Shown: positions 25,801 to 40,362 of the stretch, piece after piece
Layout: each line of letters starts with the position of its first letter
Numbering within the stretch: position 1 is the stretch's first letter
From: Auanema rhodensis
Lineage: Eukaryota > Animalia > Nematoda
NCBI GenBank assembly: GCA_964057225.1
Contig: OZ059894.1
Span: 2,046,001-2,110,000 of the forward strand
Direction of reading: 5' to 3'
Length of the DNA stretch: 64,000 nt
Made by a program: the position numbers and the translations under genes
The notes under the pieces: generated by a model
What the model was told of the DNA's origin: nothing
Databases searched by the model: none
What the model saw: the letters and a program-made list of their open reading frames with translations, nothing else

Positions 25801-28800
25801 TTTGAAAAATGATGCATTAGTGTATGTTGAGTTTCCATGTACACTCAACATAGCTTCCAAAAACATTTTGACAAAATTTTTTTCGAAAAATTTCAAAATA
25901 ATTTAGCAGAAAGTAGATGTTTTTAGATTCCTTTTTTTAAGGCAAAGACGACAGACAATGTTATTCAACGAAAAAATTAATTCTTCAGGGTGAAAATCGA
26001 GGATATAAGTGTGAACTTATATCAGTTGATATCTCGGTGCATTTTTAAGCTAGCGCAAATCTGATAACACAGATCGACGCAGCTTGAAAATCCGCATCGA
26101 ATGCACTATACTACATTGAGAAACGCTTAATACAAAAATTAGTTATGATCGTTTGAAAAATGATGCATTAGTTTATGTTGAGTTTCCATGTACACTCAAC
26201 ATAGCTTCCAAAAACATTTTGACAAAAATTTTTTCGAAAAATTTCAAAATAATTTAGCAGAAAGTAGATGTTTTTAGATTCCTTTTTTTAAGGCAAAGAC
26301 GATGGACAATGTTATTCAACGAAAAAATTAATTCTTCAGGGTGAAAATCGAGGATATAAGTGTGAACTTATATCAGTTGATATCTCGGTGCATTTTTAAG
26401 CTAGCGCAAATCTGATAACACAGATCGACGCAGCTTGAAAATCCGCATCGAATGCACTATACTACATTGAGGAACGCTTAATACAAAAATTAGTTATGAT
26501 CGTTTGAAAAATGATGCATTAGTTTATGTTGAGTTTCCATGTACACTCAACATTGCTTCCAAAAACATTTTGACAAAAATTTTTTCGAAAAATTTCAAAA
26601 TAATTTAGCAAAAAGTAGATGTTTTTAGATTCCTTTTTTCAAGGCGAAGACGATGGACATTGTTATTCAACGAAAAAATTAATTCTTCAGGGTGAAAATC
26701 GAGGATATAAGTGTGAACTTATATCAGTTGATATCTCGGTGCATTTTTAAGCTAGCGCAAATCTGATAACACAGATCGACGCAGCTTGAAAATCCGCATC
26801 GAATGCACTATACTACATTGAGGAACGCTTAATACAAAAATTAGTTATGATCGTTTGAAAAATGATGCATTAGTGTATGTTGAGTTTCCATGTACACTCA
26901 ACATAGCTTCCAAAAACATTTTGACAAAAATTTTTTCGAAAAATTTCAAAATAATTTAGCAGAAAGTAGATGTTTTTAGATTCCTTTTTTTAAGGCAAAG
27001 ACGATGGACAATGTTATTCAACGAAAAAATTAATTCTTCAGGGTGAAAATCGAGGATATAAGTGTGAACTTATATCAGTTGATATCTCGGTGCATTTTTA
27101 AGCTAGCGCAAATCTGATAACACAGATCGACGCAGCTTGAAAATCCGCATCGAATGCACTATACTACATTGAGGAACGCTTAATACAAAAATTAGTTATG
27201 ATCGTTTGAAAAATGATGCATTAGTGTATGTTGAGTTTCCATGTACACTCAACATAGCTTCCAAAAACATTTTGACAAAAATTTTTTCGAAAAATTTCAA
27301 AATAATTTAGCAGAAAGTAGATGTTTTTAGATTCCTTTTTTTAAGGCAAAGACGATGGACAATGTTATTCAACGAAAAAATTAATTCTTCAGGGTGAAAA
27401 TCGAGGATATAAGTGTGAACTTATATCAGTTGATATCTCGGTGCATTTTTAAGCTAGCGCAAATCTGATAACACAGATCGACGCAGCTTGAAAATCCGCA
27501 TCGAATGCACTATACTACATTGAGGAACGCTTAATACAAAAATTAGTTATGATCGTTTGAAAAATGATGCATTAGTGTATGTTGAGTTTCCATGTACACT
27601 CAACATAGCTTCCAAAAACATTTTGACAAAAATTTTTTCGAAAAATTTCAAAATAATTTAGCAGAAAGTAGATGTTTTTAGATTCCTTTTTTTAAGGCAA
27701 AGACGATGGACAATGTTATTCAACGAAAAAATTAATTCTTCAGGGTGAAAATCGAGGATATAAGTGTGAACTTATATCAGTTGATATCTCGGTGCATTTT
27801 TAAGCTAGCGCAAATCTGATAACACAGATCGACGCAGCTTGAAAATCCGCATCGAATGCACTATACTACATTGAGGAACGCTTAATACAAAAATTAGTTA
27901 TGATCGTTTGAAAAATGATGCATTAGTGTATGTTGAGTTTCCATGTACACTCAACATAGCTTCCAAAAACATTTTGACAAAAATTTTTTCGAAAAATTTC
28001 AAAATAATTTAGCAGAAAGTAGATGTTTTTAGATTCCTTTTTTTAAGGCAAAGACGATGGACAATGTTATTCAACGAAAAAATTAATTCTTCAGGGTGAA
28101 AATCGAGAATATAAGTGTGAACTTATATCAAATGATATCTCGGTGCATTTTTAAGCTAGCGCAAATCTGATAACACAGATCGACGCAGCTTGAAAATCCG
28201 CATCGAATGCACTATACTACATTGAGGAACGCTTAATACAAAAATTAGTTATGATCGTTTGAAAAATGATGCATTAGTGTATGTTGAGTTTCCATGTACA
28301 CTCAACATAGCTTCCAAAAACATTTTGACAAAAATTTTTTCGAAAAATTTCAAAATAATTTAGCAGAAAGTAGATGTTTTTAGATTCCTTTTTTTAAGGC
28401 AAAGACGATGGACAATGTTATTCAACGAAAAAATTAATTCTTCAGGGTGAAAATCGAGGATATAAGTGTGAACTTATATCAGTTGATATCTCGGTGCATT
28501 TTTAAGCTAGCGCAAATCTGATAACACAGATCGACGCAGCTTGAAAATCCGCATCGAATGCACTATACTACATTGAGGAACGCTTAATACAAAAATTAGT
28601 TATGATCGTTTGAAAAATGATGCATTAGTGTATGTTGAGTTTCCATGTACACTCAACATAGCTTCCAAAAACATTTTGACAAAAATTTTTTCGAAAAATT
28701 TCAAAATAATTTAGCAGAAAGTAGATGTTTTTAGATTCCTTTTTTTAAGGCAAAGACGATGGACAATGTTATTCAACGAAAAAATTAATTCTTCAGGGTG

Positions 28801-31800
28801 AAAATCGAGGATATAAGTGTGAACTTATATCAGTTGATATCTCGGTGCATTTTTAAGCTAGCGCAAATCTGATAACACAGATCGACGCAGCTTGAAAATC
28901 CGCATCGAATGCACTATACTACTTTGAGAAACGCTTAATACAAAAATTAGTTATGATCGTTTGAAAAATGATGCATTAGTGTATGTTGAGTTTCCATGTA
29001 CACTCAACATAGCTTCCAAAAACATTTTGACAAAATTTTTTTCGAAAAATTTCAAAATAATTTAGCAGAAAGTAGATGTTTTTAGATTCCTTTTTTTAAG
29101 GCAAAGACGACAGACAATGTTATTCAACGAAAAAATTAATTCTTCAGGGTGAAAATCGAGGATATAAGTGTGAACTTATATCAGTTGATATCTCGGTGCA
29201 TTTTTAAGCTAGCGCAAATCTGATAACACAGATCGACGCAGCTTGAAAATCCGCATCGAATGCACTATACTACATTGAGGAACGCTTAATACAAAAATTA
29301 GTTATGATCGTTTGAAAAATGATGCATTAGTGTATGTTGAGTTTCCATGTACACTCAACATAGCTTCCAAAAACATTTTGACAAAAATTTTTTCGAAAAA
29401 TTTCAAAATAATTTAGCAGAAAGTAGATGTTTTTAGATTCCTTTTTTTAAGGCAAAGACGATGGACAATGTTATTCAACGAAAAAATTAATTCTTCAGGG
29501 TGAAAATCGAGGATATAAGTGTGAACTTATATCAGTTGATATCTCGGTGCATTTTTAAGCTAGCGCAAATCTGATAACACAGATCGACGCAGCTTGAAAA
29601 TCCGCATCGAATGCACTATACTACTTTGAGAAACGCTTAATACAAAAATTAGTTATGATCGTTTGAAAAATGATGCATTAGTGTATGTTGAGTTTCCATG
29701 TACACTCAACATAGCTTCCAAAAACATTTTGACAAAATTTTTTTCGAAAAATTTCAAAATAATTTAGCAGAAAGTAGATGTTTTTAGATTCCTTTTTTTA
29801 AGGCAAAGACGACAGACAATGTTATTCAACGAAAAAATTAATTCTTCAGGGTGAAAATCGAGGATATAAGTGTGAACTTATATCAGTTGATATCTCGGTG
29901 CATTTTTAAGCTAGCGCAAATCTGATAACACAGATCGACGCAGCTTGAAAATCCGCATCGAATGCACTATACTACATTGAGGAACGCTTAATACAAAAAT
30001 TAGTTATGATCGTTTGAAAAATGATGCATTAGTGTATGTTGAGTTTCCATGTACACTCAACATAGCTTCCAAAAACATTTTGACAAAAATTTTTTCGAAA
30101 AATTTCAAAATAATTTAGCAGAAAGTAGATGTTTTTAGATTCCTTTTTTTAAGGCAAAGACGATGGACAATGTTATTCAACGAAAAAATTAATTCTTCAG
30201 GGTGAAAATCGAGGATATAAGTGTGAACTTATATCAGTTGATATCTCGGTGCATTTTTAAGCTAGCGCAAATCTGATAACACAGATCGACGCAGCTTGAA
30301 AATCCGCATCGAATGCACTATACTACATTGAGAAACGCTTAATACAAAAATTAGTTATGATCGTTTGAAAAATGATGCATTAGTTTATGTTGAGTTTCCA
30401 TGTACACTCAACATTGCTTCCAAAAACATTTTGACAAAAATTTTTTCGAAAAATTTCAAAATAATTTAGCAAAAAGTAGATGTTTTTAGATTCCTTTTTT
30501 CAAGGCGAAGACGATGGACATTGTTATTCAACGAAAAAATTAATTCTTCAGGGTGAAAATCGAGGATATAAGTGTGAACTTATATCAGTTGATATCTCGG
30601 TGCATTTTTAAGCTAGCGCAAATCTGATAACACAGATCGACGCAGCTTGAAAATCCGCATCGAATGCACTATACTACATTGAGGAACGCTTAATACAAAA
30701 ATTAGTTATGATCGTTTGAAAAATGATGCATTAGTGTATGTTGAGTTTCCATGTACACTCAACATAGCTTCCAAAAACATTTTGACAAAAATTTTTTCGA
30801 AAAATTTCAAAATAATTTAGCAGAAAGTAGATGTTTTTAGATTCCTTTTTTTAAGGCAAAGACGATGGACAATGTTATTCAACGAAAAAATTAATTCTTC
30901 AGGGTGAAAATCGAGGATATAAGTGTGAACTTATATCAGTTGATATCTCGGTGCATTTTTAAGCTAGCGCAAATCTGATAACACAGATCGACGCAGCTTG
31001 AAAATCCGCATCGAATGCACTATACTACATTGAGGAACGCTTAATACAAAAATTAGTTATGATCGTTTGAAAAATGATGCATTAGTGTATGTTGAGTTTC
31101 CATGTACACTCAACATAGCTTCCAAAAACATTTTGACAAAAATTTTTTCGAAAAATTTCAAAATAATTTAGCAGAAAGTAGATGTTTTTAGATTCCTTTT
31201 TTTAAGGCAAAGACGATGGACAATGTTATTCAACGAAAAAATTAATTCTTCAGGGTGAAAATCGAGGATATAAGTGTGAACTTATATCAGTTGATATCTC
31301 GGTGCATTTTTAAGCTAGCGCAAATCTGATAACACAGATCGACGCAGCTTGAAAATCCGCATCGAATGCACTATACTACATTGAGGAACGCTTAATACAA
31401 AAATTAGTTATGATCGTTTGAAAAATGATGCATTAGTGTATGTTGAGTTTCCATGTACACTCAACATAGCTTCCAAAAACATTTTGACAAAAATTTTTTC
31501 GAAAAATTTCAAAATAATTTAGCAGAAAGTAGATGTTTTTAGATTCCTTTTTTTAAGGCAAAGACGATGGACAATGTTATTCAACGAAAAAATTAATTCT
31601 TCAGGGTGAAAATCGAGGATATAAGTGTGAACTTATATCAGTTGATATCTCGGTGCATTTTTAAGCTAGCGCAAATCTGATAACACAGATCGACGCAGCT
31701 TGAAAATCCGCATCGAATGCACTATACTACATTGAGGAACGCTTAATACAAAAATTAGTTATGATCGTTTGAAAAATGATGCATTAGTGTATGTTGAGTT

Positions 31801-34749
31801 TCCATGTACACTCAACATAGCTTCCAAAAACATTTTGACAAAAATTTTTTCGAAAAATTTCAAAATAATTTAGCAGAAAGTAGATGTTTTTAGATTCCTT
31901 TTTTTAAGGCAAAGACGATGGACAATGTTATTCAACGAAAAAATTAATTCTTCAGGGTGAAAATCGAGGATATAAGTGTGAACTTATATCAGTTGATATC
32001 TCGGTGCATTTTTAAGCTAGCGCAAATCTGATAACACAGATCGACGCAGCTTGAAAATCCGCATCGAATGCACTATACTACATTGAGAAACGCTTAATAC
32101 AAAAATTAGTTATGATCGTTTGAAAAATGATGCATTAGTTTATGTTGAGTTTCCATGTACACTCAACATTGCTTCCAAAAACATTTTGACAAAAATTTTT
32201 TCGAAAAATTTCAAAATAATTTAGCAAAAAGTAGATGTTTTTAGATTCCTTTTTTCAAGGCGAAGACGATGGACATTGTTATTCAACGAAAAAATTAATT
32301 CTTCAGGGTGAAAATCGAGGATATAAGTGTGAACTTATATCAGTTGATATCTCGGTGCATTTTTAAGCTAGCGCAAATCTGATAACACAGATCGACGCAG
32401 CTTGAAAATCCGCATCGAATGCACTATACTACATTGAGGAACGCTTAATACAAAAATTAGTTATGATCGTTTGAAAAATGATGCATTAGTGTATGTTGAG
32501 TTTCCATGTACACTCAACATAGCTTCCAAAAACATTTTGACAAAAATTTTTTCGAAAAATTTCAAAATAATTTAGCAGAAAGTAGATGTTTTTAGATTCC
32601 TTTTTTTAAGGCAAAGACGATGGACAATGTTATTCAACGAAAAAATTAATTCTTCAGGGTGAAAATCGAGGATATAAGTGTGAACTTATATCAGTTGATA
32701 TCTCGGTGCATTTTTAAGCTAGCGCAAATCTGATAACACAGATCGACGCAGCTTGAAAATCCGCATCGAATGCACTATACTACATTGAGGAACGCTTAAT
32801 ACAAAAATTAGTTATGATCGTTTGAAAAATGATGCATTAGTGTATGTTGAGTTTCCATGTACACTCAACATAGCTTCCAAAAACATTTTGACAAAAATTT
32901 TTTCGAAAAATTTCAAAATAATTTAGCAGAAAGTAGATGTTTTTAGATTCCTTTTTTTAAGGCAAAGACGATGGACAATGTTATTCAACGAAAAAATTAA
33001 TTCTTCAGGGTGAAAATCGAGGATATAAGTGTGAACTTATATCAGTTGATATCTCGGTGCATTTTTAAGCTAGCGCAAATCTGATAACACAGATCGACGC
33101 AGCTTGAAAATCCGCATCGAATGCACTATACTACATTGAGGAACGCTTAATACAAAAATTAGTTATGATCGTTTGAAAAATGATGCATTAGTGTATGTTG
33201 AGTTTCCATGTACACTCAACATAGCTTCCAAAAACATTTTGACAAAAATTTTTTCGAAAAATTTCAAAATAATTTAGCAGAAAGTAGATGTTTTTAGATT
33301 CCTTTTTTTAAGGCAAAGACGATGGACAATGTTATTCAACGAAAAAATTAATTCTTCAGGGTGAAAATCGAGGATATAAGTGTGAACTTATATCAGTTGA
33401 TATCTCGGTGCATTTTTAAGCTAGCGCAAATCTGATAACACAGATCGACGCAGCTTGAAAATCCGCATCGAATGCACTATACTACTTTGAGAAACGCTTA
33501 ATACAAAAATTAGTTATGATCGTTTGAAAAATGATGCATTAGTGTATGTTGAGTTTCCATGTACACTCAACATAGCTTCCAAAAACATTTTGACAAAATT
33601 TTTTTCGAAAAATTTCAAAATAATTTAGCAGAAAGTAGATGTTTTTAGATTCCTTTTTTTAAGGCAAAGACGACAGACAATGTTATTCAACGAAAAAATT
33701 AATTCTTCTGGGTGAAAATCGAGGATATAAGTGTGAACTTATATCAGTTGATATCTCGGTGCATTTTTAAGCTAGCGCAAATCTGATAACACAGATCGAC
33801 GCAGCTTGAAAATCCGCATCGAATGCACTATACTACATTGAGGAACGCTTAATACAAAAATTAGTTATGATCGTTTGAAAAATGATGCATTAGTGTATGT
33901 TGAGTTTCCATGTACACTCAACATAGCTTCCAAAAACATTTTGACAAAATTTTTTTCGAAAAATTTCGAAATAATTTAGCAGAAAGTAGATGTTTTTAGA
34001 TTCCTTTTTTTAAGGCAAAGACGATGGACAATGTTATTCAACGAAAAAATTAATTCTTCAGGGTGAAAATCGAGGATATAAGTGTGAACTTATATCAGTT
34101 GATATCTCGGTGCATTTTTAAGCTAGCGCAAATCTGATAACACAGATCGACGCAGCTTGAAAATCCGCATCGAATGCACTATACTACATTGAGGAACGCT
34201 TAATACAAAAATTAGTTATGATCGTTTGAAAAATGATGCATTAGTGTATGTTGAGTTTCCATGTACACTCAACATAGCTTCCAAAAACATTTTGACAAAA
34301 ATTTTTTCGAAAAATTTCAAAATAATTTAGCAGAAAGTAGATGTTTTTAGATTCCTTTTTTTAAGGCAAAGACGATGGACAATGTTATTCAACGAAAAAA
34401 TTAATTCTTCAGGGTGAAAATCGAGGATATAAGTGTGAACTTATATCAGTTGATATCTCGGTGCATTTTTAAGCTAGCGCAAATCTGATAACACAGATCG
34501 ACGCAGCTTGAAAATCCGCATCGAATGCACTATACTACATTGAGGAACGCTTAATACAAAAATTAGTTATGATCGTTTGAAAAATGATGCATTAGTGTAT
34601 GTTGAGTTTCCATGTACACTCAACATAGCTTCCAAAAACATTTTGACAAAAATTTTTTCGAAAAATTTCAGAATAATTTAGCAAAAAGTAGATGTTTTTA
34701 GATTCCTTTTTTTAAGGCAAAGACGATGGACAATGTTATTCAACGAAAA

Positions 34750-37700
34750 AATTAATTCTTCAGGGTGAAAATCGAGGATATAAGTGTGAACTTATATCAG
34801 TTGATATCTCGGTGCATTTTTAAGCTAGCGCAAATCTGATAACACAGATCGACGCAGCTTGAAAATACGCATCGAATGCACTATACTACTTTGAGAAACG
34901 CTTAATACAAAAATTAGTTATGATCGTTTGAAAAATGATGCATTAGTGTATGTTGAGTTTCCATGTACACTCAACATAGCTTCCAAAAACATTTTGACAA
35001 AATTTTTTTCGAAAAATTTCGAAATAATTTAGCAGAAAGTAGATGTTTTTAGATTCCTTTTTTTAAGGCAAAGACGATGGACAATGTTATTCAACGAAAA
35101 AATTAATTCTTCAGGGTGAAAATCGAGGATATAAGTGTGAACTTATATCAGTTGATATCTCGGTGCATTTTTAAGCTAGCGCAAATCTGATAACACAGAT
35201 CGACGCAGCTTGAAAATCCGCATCGAATGCACTATACTACATTGAGGAACGCTTAATACAAAAATTAGTTATGATCGTTTGAAAAATGATGCATTAGTGT
35301 ATGTTGAGTTTCCATGTACACTCAACATAGCTTCCAAAAACATTTTGACAAAAATTTTTTCGAAAAATTTCGAAATAATTTAGCAGAAAGTAGATGTTTT
35401 TAGATTCCTTTTTTTAAGGCAAAGACGATGGACAATGTTATTCAACGAAAAAATTAATTCTTCAGGGTGAAAATCGAGGATATAAGTGTGAACTTATATC
35501 AGTTGATATCTCGGTGCATTTTTAAGCTAGCGCAAATCTGATAACACAGATCGACGCAGCTTAAAAATCCGCATCGAATGCACTATACTACATTGAGGAA
35601 CGCTTAATACAAAAATTAGTTATGATCGTTTGAAAAATGATGCATTAGTGTATGTTGAGTTTCCATGTACACTCAACATAGCTTCCAAAAACATTTTGAC
35701 AAAAATTTTTTCGAAAAATTTCAGAATAATTTAGCAAAAAGTAGATGTTTTTAGATTTCTTTTCTCAAGGCAAAGACGATGGACAATGTTATTCAACGAA
35801 AAAATTAATTCTTCAGGGTGAAAATCGAGGATATAAGTGTGAACTTATATCAGTTGATATCTCGGTGCATTTTTAAGCTAGCGCAAATCTGATAACACAG
35901 ATCGACGCAGCTTGAAAATCCGCATCGAATGCACTATACTACATTGAGAAACGCTTAATACAAAAATTAGTTATGATCGTTTGAAAAATGATGCATTAGT
36001 GTATGTTGAGTTTCCATGTACACTCAACATAGCTTCCAAAAACATTTTGACAAAAATTTTTTCGAAAAATTTCAAAATAATTTAGCAGAAAGTAGATGTT
36101 TTTAGATTCCTTTTTTTAAGGCAAAGACGATGGACAATGTTATTCAACGAAAAAATTAATTCTTCAGGGTGAAAATCGAGGATATAAGTGTGAACTTATA
36201 TCAGTTGATATCTCGGTGCATTTTTAAGCTAGCGCAAATCTGATAACACAGATCGACGCAGCTTGAAAATACGCATCGAATGCACTATACTACTTTGAGA
36301 AACGCTTAATACAAAAATTAGTTATGATCGTTTGAAAAATGATGCATTAGTGTATGTTGAGTTTCCATGTACACTCAACATAGCTTCCAAAAACATTTTG
36401 ACAAAAATTTTTTCGAAAAATTTCGAAATAATTTAGCAGAAAGTAGATGTTTTTAGATTCCTTTTTTAAGGCAAAGACGATGGACAATGTTATTCAACGA
36501 AAAAATTAATTCTTCAGGGTGAAAATCGAGGATATAAGTGTGAACTTATATCAGTTGATATCTCGGTGCATTTTTAAGCTAGCGCAAATCTGATAACACA
36601 GATCGACGCAGCTTAAAAATCCGCATCGAATGCACTATACTACATTGAGGAACGCTTAATACAAAAATTAGTTATGATCGTTTGAAAAATGATGCATTAG
36701 TGTATGTTGAGTTTCCATGTACACTCAACATAGCTTCCAAAAACATTTTGACAAAAATTTTTTCGAAAAATTTCAAAATAATTTAGCAGAAAGTAGATGT
36801 TTTTAGATTCCTTTTTTTAAGGCAAAGACGATGGACAATGTTATTCAACGAAAAAATTAATTCTTCAGGGTGAAAATCGAGGATATAAGTGTGAACTTAT
36901 ATCAGTTGATATCTCGGTGCATTTTTAAGCTAGCGCAAATCTGATAACACAGATCGACGCAGCTTGAAAATACGCATCGAATGCACTATACTACTTTGAG
37001 AAACGCTTAATACAAAAATTAGTTATGATCGTTTGAAAAATGATGCATTAGTGTATGTTGAGTTTCCATGTACACTCAACATAGCTTCCAAAAACATTTT
37101 GACAAAATTTTTTTCGAAAAATTTCGAAATAATTTAGCAGAAAGTAGATGTTTTTAGATTCCTTTTTTTAAGGCAAAGACGATGGACAATGTTATTCAAC
37201 GAAAAAATTAATTCTTCAGGGTGAAAATCGAGGATATAAGTGTGAACTTATATCAGTTGATATCTCGGTGCATTTTTAAGCTAGCGCAAATCTGATAACA
37301 CAGATCGACGCAGCTTGAAAATCCGCATCGAATGCACTATACTACATTGAGGAACGCTTAATACAAAAATTAGTTATGATCGTTTGAAAAATGATGCATT
37401 AGTGTATGTTGAGTTTCCATGTACACTCAACATAGCTTCCAAAAACATTTTGACAAAAATTTTTTCGAAAAATTTCGAAATAATTTAGCAGAAAGTAGAT
37501 GTTTTTAGATTCCTTTTTTTAAGGCAAAGACGATGGACAATGTTATTCAACGAAAAAATTAATTCTTCAGGGTGAAAATCGAGGATATAAGTGTGAACTT
37601 ATATCAGTTGATATCTCGGTGCATTTTTAAGCTAGCGCAAATCTGATAACACAGATCGACGCAGCTTAAAAATCCGCATCGAATGCACTATACTACATTG

Positions 37701-40362
37701 AGGAACGCTTAATACAAAAATTAGTTATGATCGTTTGAAAAATGATGCATTAGTGTATGTTGAGTTTCCATGTACACTCAACATAGCTTCCAAAAACATT
37801 TTGACAAAAATTTTTTCGAAAAATTTCAGAATAATTTAGCAAAAAGTAGATGTTTTTAGATTTCTTTTCTCAAGGCAAAGACGATGGACAATGTTATTCA
37901 ACGAAAAAATTAATTCTTCAGGGTGAAAATCGAGGATATAAGTGTGAACTTATATCAGTTGATATCTCGGTGCATTTTTAAGCTAGCGCAAATCTGATAA
38001 CACAGATCGACGCAGCTTGAAAATCCGCATCGAATGCACTATACTACATTGAGAAACGCTTAATACAAAAATTAGTTATGATCGTTTGAAAAATGATGCA
38101 TTAGTGTATGTTGAGTTTCCATGTACACTCAACATAGCTTCCAAAAACATTTTGACAAAAATTTTTTCGAAAAATTTCAAAATAATTTAGCAGAAAGTAG
38201 ATGTTTTTAGATTCCTTTTTTTAAGGCAAAGACGATGGACAATGTTATTCAACGAAAAAATTAATTCTTCAGGGTGAAAATCGAGGATATAAGTGTGAAC
38301 TTATATCAGTTGATATCTCGGTGCATTTTTAAGCTAGCGCAAATCTGATAACACAGATCGACGCAGCTTGAAAATACGCATCGAATGCACTATACTACTT
38401 TGAGAAACGCTTAATACAAAAATTAGTTATGATCGTTTGAAAAATGATGCATTAGTGTATGTTGAGTTTCCATGTACACTCAACATAGCTTCCAAAAACA
38501 TTTTGACAAAAATTTTTTCGAAAAATTTCGAAATAATTTAGCAGAAAGTAGATGTTTTTAGATTCCTTTTTTAAGGCAAAGACGATGGACAATGTTATTC
38601 AACGAAAAAATTAATTCTTCAGGGTGAAAATCGAGGATATAAGTGTGAACTTATATCAGTTGATATCTCGGTGCATTTTTAAGCTAGCGCAAATCTGATA
38701 ACACAGATCGACGCAGCTTAAAAATCCGCATCGAATGCACTATACTACATTGAGGAACGCTTAATACAAAAATTAGTTATGATCGTTTGAAAAATGATGC
38801 ATTAGTGTATGTTGAGTTTCCATGTACACTCAACATAGCTTCCAAAAACATTTTGACAAAAATTTTTTCGAAAAATTTCAGAATAATTTAGCAAAAAGTA
38901 GATGTTTTTAGATTTCTTTTCTCAAGGCAAAGACGATGGACAATGTTATTCAACGAAAAAATTAATTCTTCAGGGTGAAAATCGAGGATATAAGTGTGAA
39001 CTTATATCAGTTGATATCTCGGTGCATTTTTAAGCTAGCGCAAATCTGATAACACAGATCGACGCAGCTTGAAAATCCGCATCGAATGCACTATACTACA
39101 TTGAGAAACGCTTAATACAAAAATTAGTTATGATCGTTTGAAAAATGATGCATTAGTGTATGTTGAGTTTCCATGTACACTCAACATAGCTTCCAAAAAC
39201 ATTTTGACAAAAATTTTTTCGAAAAATTTCAAAATAATTTAGCAGAAAGTAGATGTTTTTAGATTCCTTTTTTTAAGGCAAAGACGATGGACAATGTTAT
39301 TCAACGAAAAAATTAATTCTTCAGGGTGAAAATCGAGGATATAAGTGTGAACTTATATCAGTTGATATCTCGGTGCATTTTTAAGCTAGCGCAAATCTGA
39401 TAACACAGATCGACGCAGCTTGAAAATACGCATCGAATGCACTATACTACTTTGAGAAACGCTTAATACAAAAATTAGTTATGATCGTTTGAAAAATGAT
39501 GCATTAGTGTATGTTGAGTTTCCATGTACACTCAACATAGCTTCCAAAAACATTTTGACAAAAATTTTTTCGAAAAATTTCGAAATAATTTAGCAGAAAG
39601 TAGATGTTTTTAGATTCCTTTTTTAAGGCAAAGACGATGGACAATGTTATTCAACGAAAAAATTAATTCTTCAGGGTGAAAATCGAGGATATAAGTGTGA
39701 ACTTATATCAGTTGATATCTCGGTGCATTTTTAAGCTAGCGCAAATCTGATAACACAGATCGACGCAGCTTAAAAATCCGCATCGAATGCACTATACTAC
39801 ATTGAGAAACGCTTAATACAAAAATTAGTTATGATCGTTTGAAAAATGATGCATTAGTGTATGTTGAGTTTCCATGTACACTCAACATAGCTTCCAAAAA
39901 CATTTTGACAAAAATTTTTTCGAAAAATTTCAGAATAATTTAGCAAAAAGTAGATGTTTTTAGATTTCTTTTCTCAAGGCAAAGACGATGGACAATGTTA
40001 TTCAACGAAAAAATTAATTCTTCAGGGTGAAAATCGAGGATATAAGTGTGAACTTATATCAGTTGATATCTCGGTGCATTTTTAAGCTAGCGCAAATCTG
40101 ATAACACAGATCGACGCAGCTTGAAAATCCGCATCGAATGCACTATACTACATTGAGAAACGCTTAATACAAAAATTAGTTATGATCGTTTGAAAAATGA
40201 TGCATTAGTGTATGTTGAGTTTCCATGTACACTCAACATAGCTTCCAAAAACATTTTGACAAAAATTTTTTCGAAAAATTTCAAAATAATTTAGCAGAAA
40301 GTAGATGTTTTTAGATTCCTTTTTTTAAGGCAAAGACGATGGACAATGTTATTCAACGAAAA
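34750..40362. repeat. Block with 6-mer then 3-mer duplications marked by a 1-bp deletion
   Basis: T7 to T6 contraction at 36462-36467, 38567-38572 and 39619-39624, always with C118A, A141T, G147A and A272G. Spacings are 2105 and 1052 bp. Confidence 0.85.
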
